Below are positions 24,550 to 39,500 of a DNA stretch of 64,000 nucleotides, one piece after another; positions within the stretch are counted from its first letter, which is position 1, and each line of letters opens with the position of its first letter. Under the pieces are notes generated by a model. It had not been told where the DNA came from. It saw only the letters and a list, made by a program, of their open reading frames with translations, and ran no database searches. The stretch spans positions 7,378,001 to 7,442,000 of the forward strand of contig NW_024704751.1 in the NCBI RefSeq assembly GCF_018977255.1. The letters run 5' to 3'. Origin of the DNA: Callorhinchus milii (lineage: Eukaryota). The translations under genes and the position numbers were made by a program.

Positions 24550-25934
24550 ACAGTTCGGAGGCGACCGCCTGCCTTGGGTCTGGGGGATTGGGTGGGGGGG
24601 GGAGCTGGGGTGGGGGCGTTCGATTGGAAGGGAAGGAAGGACCGATCGATCGATCGATTGGAGGGGGTGGGACGATCATCAATCAATTGGAGGGGATGAA
24701 CCATTGATCGATCGGGAAGTGGGTGCGGGGGGGGGGAGGGGGGGAATTGTGGACTTGAATATATGTAAATCTATAAATGTGTAAATAACTCTAAAACTCA
24801 TCGAGACCGAGCGGGCCAGCGAGTCTGCCCTGTGTTTGTGCACTTTGTACATTATCCTGCGTAACTGAGCGCCGCCGTCTCTCGCCAGTAATTAGGTCAC
24901 CGTGCGCCAGAAAGAATCTGGCTTTACAGAGCAAGAGGAGGTGAACGGGGAGGTGGGGTTGGGGGGGGGGGGATTGGGGGGGACGGACGGTTGGGGCGGG
25001 GAGAAGGCAATGCTAGGGCGGGGGCGAGGTCGCAGGTGATTTGAGGGTCGCACAGGGAGGGACGTTCATTAGATTTCAATGTAAATAGTAATAGTAATAA
25101 AATTGTAAAATCAAATTCCCTTCTCCCCCGCCACCACCCCCCCCACCCACACCCCCCTCCTGACTCTCCCAGTGAGTGTCCTGCCCGGCAATCCTCCAGG
25201 TCAAACGAAACACACAGTCACTCCACTTTACAATGTATTCTGCGCAAGCGTTTTGAGACGACTCAACGACGTGATAAGGCGCTATATCAAATGCAAGAAT
25301 TATTATTATTATTATTATTAAAACTGGTCGTTCTCTCCATGTTTTGTCACTGGCTGGCTGCCACACTGGCCCACGGAACCAGTCACTGCACTACACTTGG
25401 ACGGGAATTGTCTGCAAAGCGCTTTGACATGTTTCAACACTAGAAGCGTGTGTCAAATGCAAGGTTTATTATTTGATTAGGATGTCTTCCCCATTTACTC
25501 TTCTCCCCCACCCACACCCCCGCACTCCTCCCCACACACTGTAACCATGACTGATTGAGAGATGAGATCCAGAGCGAGCGGGTGAGGGATGGGTGGGGTG
25601 GGTGGGGGGTGGTAGTTGGAAGGAGCCCTATAGGGTATTGGCTAGAGCGCTCGACTTGCAAGCGAGAGGACCTGGGTTCGATTCCCCGCAGGGCAAAAAG
25701 TTAGGCAAGTTTCCCTAAGTAGGAACCTGGTTGTTATTCGATTGGCGGTGATAATCCCTTCAAAAAATAAATAAAAACAATAATAAATTGATCACTCAAT
25801 CCATGATGGTTGTGGGACACTGTTGTGTGCAATTGGCTGCCGCGTTTCACCCACAAAATATACAGTGAATTCACTTTATAGTATATTCTGTGAACCGCTT
25901 TGAGGCGTCTTGAAGCCGTGATAAGGCGCTATTT

Positions 25935-26271
25935 GTGGAGTCCTGTAGCTCAGTGGTTAGAGCACTCGCTTTGCAAGTGAGAGATCTGAGTTCAATTCCA
26001 GGCAGGGCGAAACCTTGGGCAAGTTTCCTTACTCCACACAGAGCCTAATAATAATCCCTCCAAAAAACCCAAAACAATAATTAAATTGGTCATTTTCAAT
26101 CTACGACTGTTTGTGGGACATTGCTGTGCGCAATTGGCTGCCGCGTTCGCCCACAAATATACAGTCAATTCACTTTACAGTGTGTTCTGTGAAGCGCTTT
26201 GGGACGTCCTCCTGACGTGAAAAGCGCTATATCAAATGCAAGGATTATTATTATTATTATTATTATTATTT
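25935..26271 (+). mobile_element. tRNA-derived SINE, full length, nested in the tail of an older copy
   Basis: A box TAGCTCAGTGG, B box gagttcaattcc, body, tail ...gcgctatatcaaatgcaagga(tta)n. Confidence 0.9.
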
Positions 26272-28648
26272 CAAATGCAAGGATTATTATCAAATTATAA
26301 CCAAACCCACTGAGAATGGACATGGTGTATTATTAGATGACTGAATTGCACTGTGTGTAATCTGGTTACAGAGACTGACAGGCGTCACTATTTATGTGGA
26401 TGGTGCAGTATCTCCCGCTGTGTGATTTTAGCCTCTATTATATACTGTGTGTGTGTATTTGTGTGTGTATGTGTGTGTGCATATGTGTGTGTGTGCGCAC
26501 AGTATCCTTTTGTTGCATACTGTATTTCAAAGCTACACAAATAAAATTAACACAGAAGATAACAGCCTGCGATCGCTGTTGCGTTCAGTGATGAGGTTAC
26601 ATTTACCTCGGAATAGTAGAAATATCTGCTGATTACCTGCTGTTGGTAGTTATTCTACAACAGCTTTGCCTCCACACCGTACACAGTCACTCCCTTTGGA
26701 GTAAATCCTGCCCAGGCAGCGCTTTGAGACATCCTCCTGACGTGAAAGGCACTGAATCGAGTTTAAGGATTGTTATTTATTTCGCCCACAAAATACACAG
26801 TTGATTCACTTTACGGTATATTCCATAAAGCGCTTTTGAGACGTCTAGAAGACGTGATCAGGGCACTATATCAAGATGCAAGGATTATTATTATTATTAT
26901 TCGATCCCAGACTATAATTGGAATGAAATTAACGATATCAACTTCGTATGTACGTGACTAATTTTTCTTCACTGCGAATTTGCCACAAGCCTGCGGGTAA
27001 AGTGAATGGATTTCAGAGTCTTAGTAATAATAATAAATGATAAATGACCAGAGAGCAGAAGGCTTTGCTCCCTCTGCCCCAGCAGCGCAGAGCAGTGCAG
27101 ATAGTCTGATTGCCAACTCTGCTTACTCAGCTCTTGCAGTTGCGCTCGGGGGGTGTGTAGTGTGTAGGGGGGGGGAGGGAAGGGTGGGGGAGTTGTCAAA
27201 GCAATTGATCCGTCAAGTCTGCGCTAGCGTCAATCATGGGCTGCTCCGAGTCAGGAAGAAGCGAGTCGTCGCCAGCCCCAAGGAAGAGCAAACAGTGCGG
27301 AAAACTATACTGTGTCTGCTTCCACAGGGCAAGACTGAAAGTCCACCATTGTGGAACCAAGTGCGAGCACACACAGGTCTATTTTTAATACATTATTCAC
27401 TAGGGGCCTGTAACGAGGAGACCTTAAAAAAAATAATGTGGTCACTCGAACCATCACACTTTGTGGAACACTGCTGTGCGCAATTGGCAGCCGCGTTTTG
27501 CCCACAAAATACGCGGTCACTCTGCACTTCGCAGCGGATCCCTGCGAAGAGCTTTGGGACGTTTCAACGATGTGATAAGGCGCTGTGTCAAATGCAAGGA
27601 GGATTATTACCACCGGGCTGATAGCCTACTGGGCCTGCCTGCTCGCTGCTGTCAATGTAATTTTAATTTCTCAATCGAATGGCAAAACAAATAATAATTT
27701 TCGTCGTGGAAAAATGGAAAAACGCACGAGGGATGCACAGGCTTGTGCGTTCGAGAGCGCAGCCACCACGGAAACACAAAGCTCAGCCTCTCTCTCCTCG
27801 GGCCACCCTTTGCGCTCGCATCGCATTGCGTTAGGCTCAAGCTGGCTTGGGATGGGGGTGGGGGGTGTATGCATTTTACTGGACGTACTCCGAGAGCTAA
27901 CATTTAAAAAAAAGGGGGGGGGGGGGGCATATTTTGTTCAGCAGGTGGGTCAGTAGGCAAGCGAGCCCTTGTTATTGCTGAGGCCTCACAGCGGAAATCA
28001 CAGAGCGGTTTCAGTCAAGAGAGTGACTGCTGAGGCAGGAGTGACTTTCCATTTAAGAACAACTGATGGATTTGCCCTTGTGCTGATAGAGTCGGAGTTC
28101 TTCATCCTTGTCTCCCCCAGTGAGCACCAGCCAGGTATTATGTAATAATAATAATAATAATACTTCTTGCATTTGATGCAGCGCCTTATCACATCAGAAG
28201 GGCGTCTCCAAGTGTTTCAAAGGACTTACTGTGCAATGGAGTGACTGTGTGTTTGTAGGCAAACATGGCAGCACAATTGCGCACAGCCTTGTCCCACAAA
28301 CAGCCACGGAGTGAATGACCAATTTTATTTGGGGGAATTGTTGGCCAGGAGATTGGGAGACAGAAACTCCCTTCTCTTTTTGAATAGGTCTATGGGATCT
28401 TTAACAGCCCCCTGAAGAGGCAGATGGGACCTCGGTTTAACGTCATGTCTGAAGGACGGAGGGCTGCTTGGATGTCAGTGCTGCAGGAAAGGAAGGTTAG
28501 CAGCCGCTCTGTAACTTCTGACTCGGGCCACTGGATGGAGCTCCATGTGTTTATGAAGCTGTGTGGTGGAGTGGTGGGCAGAACCCAGCCTCTGGCTCAC
28601 TTCCAAACACACTTCTCACCCAGCCACAGCTGGGCGCAAAGGTGCTAT

Positions 28649-29010
28649 AATAATACTAATCCTTGCATTTGATATAGTGCCATATGACGTCTTCTCAACG
28701 TCTCCAAGCGCTTCACAGAATATGCTGTAAAGTGAATCGACTGTATATTTTGTGGGCGAAACACAGCAGCCATTGGAAACAGCAGCGTCCCACAAACAGT
28801 CCTGGATTGAGTGACCAAATTATTATTATTATTTTTTTGGAAGTGATTATTACGCCTGGAAAAGTGATCCACCTAACGGCTAATAATTGGGTTCCTGCTT
28901 ACTGCTCGGTAAACAGGCGTGTCAAGTAGGGTTTTTTTCCTGCCGGGAATCGAACCCAGGTCCTCTTGCTTGCGAGGTGAGCACGCTAACCACTATACTA
29001 CAAGACTTCA
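28649..29010 (-). mobile_element. tRNA-derived SINE, same family
   Basis: Reverse complement of head, body and (TAT)n tail. Confidence 0.85.
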
Positions 29011-30066
29011 CAGGCGTTGGTGGGATAAATTTTATTTGGGGGATTGTCGGCCAGGACATAGGGAGAGAGAAACTCCCTTCTCTTTTTGAATAGTGTCATT
29101 GGGTTTTTAACATCCACCTGAATAGGCAAATGCAATGCAATAAAAAATTACATCTGTAAAGCGCCTTTCACCTCGGGAGGACGTCCCAAGGCTGAACAGT
29201 CAGGGATTAGGACCCAAGGTGGGGGTTGGTGGGGCGGATCAGGGAGGGTGCAGGGCAGAGATGGAAGGAAGGTGGCCAAACGCATGGAGGAAGAGGAGGG
29301 TCTTGAGGAGTGCCTTGAAGGAGGCAAGGGAGGGAGCAAAGCGAAGGGAATGTAGGATGGAGTTCCAAAGGGTAGGGGCAGAGAGGCTGAAGGCCTAACC
29401 GCCGATAATGGGACCTTGGTTCAATATCTCATCTGAAAGACGGAACCTCTGACAATGCAATACCCCCCAACGCTGCAATAGATTGTCAGACAACGTGGAC
29501 AACATAAGTCCCGACGTGGAACCCTTGACCTTCTGCCTCAGAAAGGAGAGTGCTAACAACCGAGGCAGGGTGACACACCTTACAAAAACACGAAAGATAA
29601 TAATAACAATAATAATCCGTACATTTGATCTAGTGCCTTCTGGGCTGCAAGGGTTATTATTATTTATCGTTAAAACTATTTCTGGTTCAAAATGCTCTTG
29701 GCCTGCGCTTCCCCTGGATGGACAGGTGCTCCTGGCGCAGACTGACATGGAATCAATCAATACCGTCAAACATCTCCTGTAGCAATGCAGGCTCCACAAG
29801 ATAACGTTTGCCAGAAATCATCTTGAATTGATTTTTGAGGGTTTCTCTGAGATCAATTAGCTGGTTGAGGGGAGTAATGGGAAAATCAGTGCTGCGGGCG
29901 GTGGGGAGGAGGGAAGGGGAGTGAGGTGAGAGCAAAGTTCCAGTCCTTTTCAGGGCTGTTGTTGATGTCGGCGTTAGTGGCCCCATAGGCTACTTTGTAT
30001 TATGGATGCTGGTTTGCGAGAGGATTTTGTAGGTGGGAAATGCCAATGGCATTGGGGTGTTGATGG

Positions 30067-30103
<37 letters not shown>

Positions 30104-30678
30104 TAGGGTGTGCTGGAGCCCAACCCACAATGGTTGCTGGGAGCAGAGAAAGAGCTGGGTGATGAGCATGGTGTGCGGGCGGGAGGGGTGTGGGGGGGAT
30201 GTGTGAGGTGGGCGGTGGGGGAGGAGCGGGGTGAGGTGGAGGGTGGGGGGGGGGCATTGCATGCCAGGCATCACCAGATTGAGTTGCTATGGCTACTGCC
30301 GTGCTGTGGCTGGTGTGGAGGACCTGCGACCCGATTGGTATCTTGGATGCTAAGAATGCATTCTGTGTAAAGAGCACTTCTGAACAGAGATGTGCCTGAT
30401 TGTGCGATTCAAAGATGTGCATCCTGTCTATGTGTGTGTGTGTGTATTTTAAGCAAAGAAACAGAAATAAATAAAGCGCAGTAGTTAATGATGATTCTCC
30501 TAACTGCGTTTTAACAGGGAGGGACTGTACTGATTGTGGCGAGGCTGCTCATCAGCTACACATTCACACGCCCAGCAATTGCTGTCCCCAGTACTGAGCA
30601 GCTGCTTCCTGTAACTCACAAGATTGATTCAGGGTGAATGTAAGAATAATAATCCTTACATGTGATACAGTACCTATA

Positions 30679-31002
30679 GTGGAGTCCTGTAGCTCAGTGG
30701 TTAGAGCACTCACCTTGCAAACGAGACACCTGGGTTCAATTCTGGGCAAGACGAAACCTTGGGCAAGCTTCCTTACTCCACGCACCTAATAATAATCCCT
30801 CCAAAACAAAAAATAATGATAAATTGGTCATTTTCAATCCACGACTGTTTGTGAGACGCTGCTGTGAGCAATTGGCTGCTGTGTTTCGCTCACAAATATA
30901 CAGTCAAATTCACTTTACAACATATTCTGTGAAGCGCTTTGAGACGTCCAGAAGATGTGAAAAGCGCTGTATCAAATGCAAGGATTATTATTATATTATT
31001 AT
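30679..31002 (+). mobile_element. tRNA-derived SINE, full length, nested in an antisense copy
   Basis: gtggagtcctgtagctcagtggttagagc...ggttcaattc...aaatgcaaggattattatt. Confidence 0.9.
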
Positions 31003-32007
31003 CATGTCTCAAAGCACTTCCCAGAATATATTGTAAAGTAAATTGACTGTGTATTTTGTGAGAGAAATGCAGCAGTCAATTGCACACACCAGTATCCCAC
31101 AAACAGTCGTGGATTGCGTGACCAAATTTTTTATTTATTTATTTATTTATTGGAATGGATTATTACCCCGGAAGCGATCCACCTATCAACCAACAACCGA
31201 GAGGACCCGGGTTCGATTTTCGGGCAGGGCTGAAACCTTAGGTAAGTTTCCTTACTCTAGACATCTCCTTTTTACGTTGCAGTAAGTAGGAACCCAGTTG
31301 TTAGTCAATTGCCGGATCGCTTTCCGGGGTAATAATCCCTCCTCCAAAAAGCACAGTAATTTGGTCACTCAATCCAAGACTGTTTGTGGGACGCAATTGG
31401 CTGCGGCGTTTCGCCCACAAAATATAGTCAGTTCACTTTGCAGTATATTCTGTGCAACGCTTTGAGACGTCTCAATGTTCTGGTAAGGCGCTATATGAAA
31501 TGCAAGGATTAATATTATTATCTACTCTACTCTAACCCCACAATAATCACGGAAGGAATTAAAAGGGGACAGACGATTTGCACAGATGGTTGCTGGAAAT
31601 TTAAAGTTCTCCGACCCAAGCCGTTGCGGCCTCAGCTTATTGCATTTCACTCGAAGAAGTAGGTGCCTGAAAAAGAAGGGCTTCAAAGGGCACGCGGAAG
31701 TGGGGGGGGGGGGGGGTCGAGAAAGGAACAGCCATTCCCCCACCCATCTCCTTCCCGAGTTGGAAGCTTTCTCCATCACAGCAGCACCCACCACCCAAAG
31801 GCTCCTCATAGGACAATATGCAGTAGAACTGGTTTGCTGGTGGTTCTTGGGAACTGTAGTCTTCTGCGTGTATATATATGTATATGCACTGTATGTATAA
31901 AAACACACACACACACACACGAGCTGAGCTTTGCAAAGTCAAGAACTGCAATTGCAGCAGAGGGGTGGAGAGGAGTGGAGAGGAGTGGAGTGGAGAGGAA
32001 TGGAAAG

Positions 32008-32200
32008 TGCGCATGCGCCAAGTCCGCCGCCGGGGGGGCACCCCCTCATTCGCTACATTGTATCCAGAGGAGGAAATCCGGGCGGCGCTATATATGGGCA
32101 GTGACGTCAGCGCGCCGGGGCTGGCTGTGCCTATATAAGGGCAGTGACGTCAGCGCGCCGGGGCTGGCTGTGCCTCTATAAGGGCAGTGACGTCAGCGCG
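32008..32200 (+). promoter_or_regulatory. YWHAG promoter: NRF1-type site plus three tandem TATA-like/CRE units
   Basis: TGCGCATGCGC at 32008-32018; TGACGTCA at 32102, 32145 and 32188 (43-bp period). Confidence 0.8.
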
Positions 32201-32600
32201 GAGCTCTGGTGGCGGTGGGGGGGGGTGTCCTGTTACTGGTTACTGGTTGGAAAGGGGAGGGGTTGGGGGGGGGGGGGGGAGACACTGATGCAAACTGAAG
32301 CTGCGGCAAGTGGGCAAGAGGCAGACAGACAGACTGACTGACAGACTGACTGGTAAATCTATTGCTTCTTATATATATATATAATATAAAGGAGGCAGAT
32401 TTTTTTTTTAAAAAAAACACACACCCCCCACACACACACACACAAAAAAAAGAGCAAAGGGTGGAAAGGCGCACAGACAAAAGGCAACCCAACCGGTCAG
32501 TCCTGCTCGTGTCTTTTTAACTCGTAATACATTTTACTTTTTTAGTCATTGCCTAATAGTATCCGCAGAAACGTACCAATTCTGTTGTGTGTTTTTTTAA

Positions 32601-32993
<393 letters not shown>

Positions 32994-33054
32994 TAACCCC
33001 ATCCCATCCCGACCTTTAAAACTGTGATTGAATAAGAAATGGGGCGATAGCGCA

Positions 33055-33087
<33 letters not shown>

Positions 33088-36000
33088 TATATATTGCGAT
33101 GGATGGATGGAAATCGTTTGCAATATTGCTGGTGGGGTGGTGGGGTGGGGTGGGGGGGGTGGGGGGGGGTGTTGTTTCAGGCCTTGCACTGAAAGGGAGA
33201 GGGAGGGCTTTGACTTGTCAAATAAAATCATTTTTCAATTGAATTCATAAAGGATCGCAATCAGGGAAAAAAAAATTGGGCATTGATTTCTTTCCTTCGT
33301 GATCTTGCGAGTGCTAAAAGTGCCAACAATTTTTTTTTGGGGGGGTGGGGGGTTGTGGGGGTGGGGGGGGGTGGGGTATGGGGGTGGGGGGGGCTCTGGG
33401 CAGCATTAGATAAAGCTGTGTGTGTGTTGTGTGTCATTTTTAACAGCAACTGAACAGCATTGCAACTGTGATTTCATAGATAAAAATATGCTTTTTTAAA
33501 AAAAAAATGTGCTTTTAAAAAAAGGAAGAGAAGATGGGGTGGGGTGGGGGGGGGGGGGGGGGGGAAATCGACCAGAAAGAACATGCCAAAGGGGGGGAGA
33601 AGTAACAGAATGCGGTATAGGATGTTGGGGCGGTGCCGTGTGAGCAATTTCGTTTTCAACTCTTCCCCCAAACACTACACACACTCAGTCTCTCTGTCTG
33701 TCTACGATCCTTTGACTGATCACTCTTCCCTTTACTCTCTCTCTCTCTCTCTCTCGCTCTCTCTCCAGCATTCGGGGTGGGTGGGGTGACCTGCAATCCA
33801 ATAGATCGAGATAATCTTGTGTGGGGGTTTCACCCCACCCCATCACCTCCCCACCCCCCATCACCCCCATCCCCCCATCACTCCCCCCCTCATCACCCCC
33901 ACCCTCATCACCCCCCCCATCACCCCCACCCCCCATCACCCCCACCCCCCATCACCCCCACCCCCCCCATCACCCCCCCCCCCCATCACCCCCACCCCCC
34001 CTCCGCAAATTCGGAAACGTTAGCATCACATTGATTCCTGAGCTCCATTTGCTGAAGTTGAAATTGACCCACTGGTGATGGTGATGGTGATGATGGGGAG
34101 GAAGGAAGGATGAGGGTGGTGGTGGGGGTGGGGGGGGGGGGGGTAGGGAGGAGCTGCAATGGACATGTATGTACCAATGGGACATGGATGGAGCTCCCAT
34201 CCCATCCCATCCCATCCCAAATGCTTCAGACCTGCAGTGAGTGGAGAGGGAGGGGTGTGGTGGTTAGGGAAGGGGTGGGGGGTGGGATGGGGGGGCAGTG
34301 AGAGAGGTGAAAGGGAAACAGAAAAGATGGTTTTCCTAATTTTCTCCCTCTCCCCCCCTCTCTGTGGAATGTGACCCTGCCTTATTCCTGAGCTGGCTGT
34401 CTGGTTCCAACAGTGAACAAAGCAAACATGGGAGGATAACATGTATATTGTATGTACAGATAAGCAGCCTCGCACACATGGAGAGAGCATTTCTAATTTG
34501 ATATTTGTTTTACCCCTTTTTTTCCTATTTCTTTGTACTCGTGGGGGGGGGGGGGTGGGTGGGGGGGGTGTGCGAGGGATTAATTGAGGCGTGTTCATTT
34601 TTTTTGGCACTGAGGAACGGTGCAATCTGTTCAGCATGCTAAATGCCTCTTCTCTGTTGCACCATTTGTCAAAGGAGGAACCCGGTTTGCATTCACCGCC
34701 GTATTGGCGTCTTCTTTTATATGTGTGTGCGCGTGTGTGTCTGTTTGCCATGGTTATTGGCAATTTGAAGCTGGGGCTGGGGGTGGGTTGGGTGGGGGGA
34801 AAGAGAAAAGAAAGATGAAGGAAATTGCTAAACGTTTATTTTATATATTTCTCTAATTACACAGGAGAGGGTTTCAGCTTGTGTCATCCAGTTGCGTTCA
34901 GAAAAGGAATTTTAAAAAAATACTCCAGCGAATTAGGCTTATTCTAATGACTCGTATTTATTGTGTGACAATATTTTACGTAGTGGTTTGCGGTGGTCTC
35001 TTATCAATTTGGTTTCTATAATCCCTTCCTATCTCTCTTCCCTCCTTTCTCCCCTACCCACCCCACCTTCCGCTCACCCTCACTTCTGTTATCTGATTAA
35101 TGATATCAGTGGGTTTTGCTTAGAAAATAGAGCTTTAATGGCACAAAATATCTTTCTTTCAGAGGCAGCTAAAGGTTACGTCTCTGTCCTTAAACAACTG
35201 CACTGCAGAACGTTTCACTGCCTTAGGCCATTGCTTACAATAACATTTTAATTTATATATACTAATTTCCCTGTCTCGTTCCCCATCCGCCCCCCCTCCC
35301 CAATAAATCCATGCTCAAAAAGGTGCCATGATCAGCTCCACAATGCAGTAAGTGACATTCCTTGGTTGCTGGGTGTGGTTGGATTAGTCGCGAGGGGACC
35401 ACACCCATTTTTCTCTTTCTCTTCTCCTTCTTCCCCTTCTCCCCACTTCCGGACCCCCCGCTGCCCCACACACGTACAAGCCAGGCGACCGATGATGAGC
35501 TGTTAAAAAAAAAAACCACACGCATCCTTCAGCCGAAAGCTCCAGCATAAACCCTGATCTAGAATCGAGTTTGTAACTGCCTTGTCATCATGTTCTCTCT
35601 CTCCCTCTCCCCTCCTCCCCCACTCGCAATCCAGGGGCCTTGCTGCCCCAGCTAACGTTTGAGCCAAATTGTAAAGCCTCAGCTTTCAAAGGCATGTTTC
35701 TCCGAGGCAGAGTCCGATTAACGTAAGTGCAGAACATCGACTTGTGGGTCTGTCGTTGGAAGACGAGAGCCAAACCACAGACAGACAGTCAGACAGCCAG
35801 ACAGACAGACAGACAGACAGACAGGAGGCGACTCAGATGCACGGTTCAAACCCCGACTACCCGGAGGGCAAGATGGAGTTTTTATAAATTGGAATCGCAT
35901 TTCTTTCCAATAATGTGCAATTTTTATTTAAATTTCTGAAAAACAATTGGGGACCAAATGTTCACGAGTGCGTCGGTTATTGCATTGTAGAGAAATAGCT

Positions 36001-36231
36001 CGTCTGCACGGTGGAGCTAACCTTCCTCGTTAATACGTCCCTCGCCCTCCAGTTATTCGTTGCATTTCACCATGTACTCTTGTGGGAAGATGTAAGTGAA
36101 CAATTACAATACAAAATTACATTTCTAAAGCTCCTTTCACGTGGGGAGGACGTCCCAAGGCAATGATACGGCTTTGATGTCGCCCCTTTTACCAATAAAT
36201 GCCATTTGTTTGCATTTGTTGGCTTTCGTGC

Positions 36232-36598
36232 GTCAGCCTGGTGCAGTGGTCGCGCTCCCGCCTCCTGAGTCAGAAGGTTGTGGGTTCAAATCCACAGTGC
36301 TCCAACACAGGTGCCATACTTCGGATGAGACGCTGAACCGAGGTCCTGTCTGGCATTCGGGTGGACGTTACAGATCCCACAGCACTTTTCAAAAAGAGAA
36401 GGGAGTTTCTCTCTCTCCCAGTGTCCTGGCCAACAATCCCCCAAGTAAAATTGGTCAATCACTCCGTGCCTGTGTGTGGGACACTGCTTTGCGCAAACTG
36501 GCTGCCACGTTTCGTCCACAAAATACACAGTCACTGCGCTTTACGATATATCTGGATAACGTGTTAAGGCGCTATATCAAATACAAGGATTATTATTT
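36232..36598 (+). mobile_element. Deu-domain-type SINE, full length
   Basis: tRNA-like head (gcagtggt...gggttcaaatcc), core ggatgagacgctgaaccgaggtcctgtctg...gtgtcctggccaa, shared tail. Confidence 0.72.
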
Positions 36599-39500
36599 AA
36601 CATCAGATGGGCACAAGCTGGCTGTCAACTCAGGCAATCAATTGGTTGCTGGCCTGGCAGCTGCTGAGGTTCCTTACAGCAATAAACCTTGCATTTGATA
36701 TAGAGCATTATCGCGCAGTTGAGGTGCCTCAAAGTGCTCCACAGGATTTACTGTAAAGTGGAGTGACTGTGCATTTTGTAGGTGAACGCAGAGGCCAATT
36801 AAACCCACAGCGATGTCCCCACAAACAGCCGTTGAAGTGAGCAAACGATGGTGAGAGCTTCACAACGGTAAAGAGGTTTCCTGCTTCGGTCGATCAGAAA
36901 TTCCTCCCTCCCAACTCCCCATTTCAATAGAAAGAAAGAATTTGTGTGTTTATCGACGCCTTACCACGTTAATGTCTTGGGTTATTGCTGTCTTGTGTCA
37001 ACTGGCAACAGTGTTGAGTGTCTGACTTGGTTTCAGCGATGGGCCGAATGGCCTCCTCCTGCTCTGTAACATTCTGTGACTCTTATTTCTAGCTTAAACA
37101 CCAAATTCTCAGCGGTGTTGTGAGCAGAGCCACATGTCGGGGTTCCACTTACCGTGTCAGGCTTCCCCCCACCCCCCCCCCCCCCCACCCCCCAGCTTGG
37201 TGTGGCCTCTCTTTCCTGGGATTGTGATCTGTTTGGTAAATGAAGGGTGTCCTGCCGAGCTGTCGAGGCGTCTCTCAGTGTCTGAGCCGGGCTCGGGTAG
37301 CGGGAGAGTGGTAACTTGACCGCAATCAGTCGTCCTTTTTATTTTGGTGTAGGAGAGGGCAGAACCCGCAGAGGAGAGCGTTTCACACAGCGTCTCTCTG
37401 TCTTTCACCGGATTTCTCTGCGAATGCTCAGGGTGTGCGTTCCTGAACGTTTGGTTGTTAAAAGCTAAAGGACCAACGACCTGTGTTTAAGAGGAAACTT
37501 GAGGTATGAGTGAGGGACGAGGGAATAGTAGGGTGGGAGGGCTCATGTGGAATATGGAGCTCTCAAAGGGGCTGGTGTTCCTACATTGCAAATGAGAAGT
37601 TCCCAGTCGATGGGAACCCGGCTCGTGTTGAAAGCCCTCCCTCCCTCCCTCCCTCCCTCCCTCCCTCCCTCTTTTTCCTCCTTCAAGACCCTCCTCTTCG
37701 ACCATGCTTTCGATCACCCTGCTTCCCCCCCTCCCCTCCATCCTCCCCAATCCCGACCCCCAGTTTGGGTCCAAAACACTAATTGCCCAGCGCCTTGGGA
37801 CGTCTTTCCAATGTGAAAGGCGCTATACAAGTATAATGTTGTATGACCGCACTGTGAAAGTAATAAGAGACATTCGGTTTGAAGCTCGGTGAAGACCGAT
37901 GCATCTTCATTCAGACTCTCCAGAAGGAAAGCTCTTTAAATTGCTGTTGTAGAGTAGCGGGATGTGTGGCCTAACGTGTAGGATGGTCCTAGCTGGACAA
38001 GCAGCGGGAAAGCTTGCCAGACAGTGCTCTCAATGGCAAGCTATGTGGTTTTAGCTGGTTAAGACTCCTGGAGTTACCCCATCACACACTCTGGACTCCC
38101 CAACCCTTGTTAAACCGATGTTAAACCGAGCTTCCATCTGCCTTTTCAAGTGAACGTTAAAGATCCCATGGCACAATTTGAAAAGCGAAGGGAGTTTCTC
38201 TCTCCTGGTCACCTGGTCAACAATCCCCCAAATAAAATCAATCATTCACTTCACAGCTGAGCGCAGGGACATTGCTGCACACAAATTGGCTACTCACAAA
38301 ATAGACAGTCACTACATGTTGCAGAGAAATCCTATGAAGCGTTGAGAGACGCTGCATCAAATGCAAGGATTATTATGAATAAAAAGGTTCAGCTGCAATA
38401 TCTAATGAGCGAGAATGCACAGAACTGTACAGAGAGGGAGGTATTCAGAAGAGAAGCTTGAGCTTTTCCTTAGGAATATCGAACGGAATAGTTGTACAGC
38501 AGCAAAGGCAGCTGTTGTTAATCACAAACTAAGGGAAACCCTCATTTTCCTCACCAATAATTGGAAAGTCTGCTTTCTCTCTCCACATCCATCAAAGTCC
38601 CTTTGGGATTGTTCTTCCCCAAAATGAATTCCACGATCCCGTAAAATAGAGGAATACTAAAGGGTGTGTTGAGAAGACCAACCTAGTGGTCAACCCCCTC
38701 AATTTTAATTACCAATAAGAACTCCAGGAGGGGCCGGGAGAAAGTTTATATATACACACACACACACACACTCGCGCACGTCAAAACATTCTGAGGTTGA
38801 GGCAACAACAAATTGCATTTACACAGCGCCTTTCACATCGGGAGGACGTCCCAAGGCACTGGACAGTTTGCACCCGAGCTGGTGGTTGGGATGAGGAGGG
38901 TGGGGGGTGGCTTGGGGAAAGGAGGATGACCAAAGGTGCGGTCAAAGAGGAAGGTCTTGATACCGGCCTTGAAGGAGGCAAAGGAAGGGAGCAAGGCTGA
39001 GGGGCTCCGGGATGCAGTTCCGGAGGGTGGTTCCTGGAAGCCTGACCACCGATGGTGGGGCGGGCAGGGCGGGCATGGAGCAGACAGGTTGGCAAAGCAA
39101 AATCCGTAATAAAAAGCAAAATCCGTAATAACTTCTGAAAGGTATTGAATGCACCATGGAAGTATAAGTTGGGGGAATAAACAGAACTGTTCTGCAGTAA
39201 TTCTGTGATGCTTTATAGAGGAAAAATGGCAGCGCAGACATGATGGGCCAAATGGGCTGTCTCAGCATCGCAACTGTCTGAGTCATTGCAGGGAGGGAGG
39301 GTGTCCAGACAGGCTGTCACTGGGCCAGTAAAAGGCCTGGGTTGGGCAGATGTCTTGCATGTGGGTATATGTGGGGTGGGGGGAGGGGGGAGTGTAATAA
39401 TGATGATAATCCTTGCATTTGATACAGCGCCTCATCACGTCTCAAAGCGCTTCACAGGATATACTGTAAAAGTGGATTGACTACATTTCTGTGGGTAGTT

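Noticed and set aside
25935-26010. tRNA-like sequence with A and B boxes (also at 30679, 58920 and others)
   Set aside because: No closing acceptor stem; it continues into a repeated SINE body and tail, so it is a SINE head, not a tRNA gene
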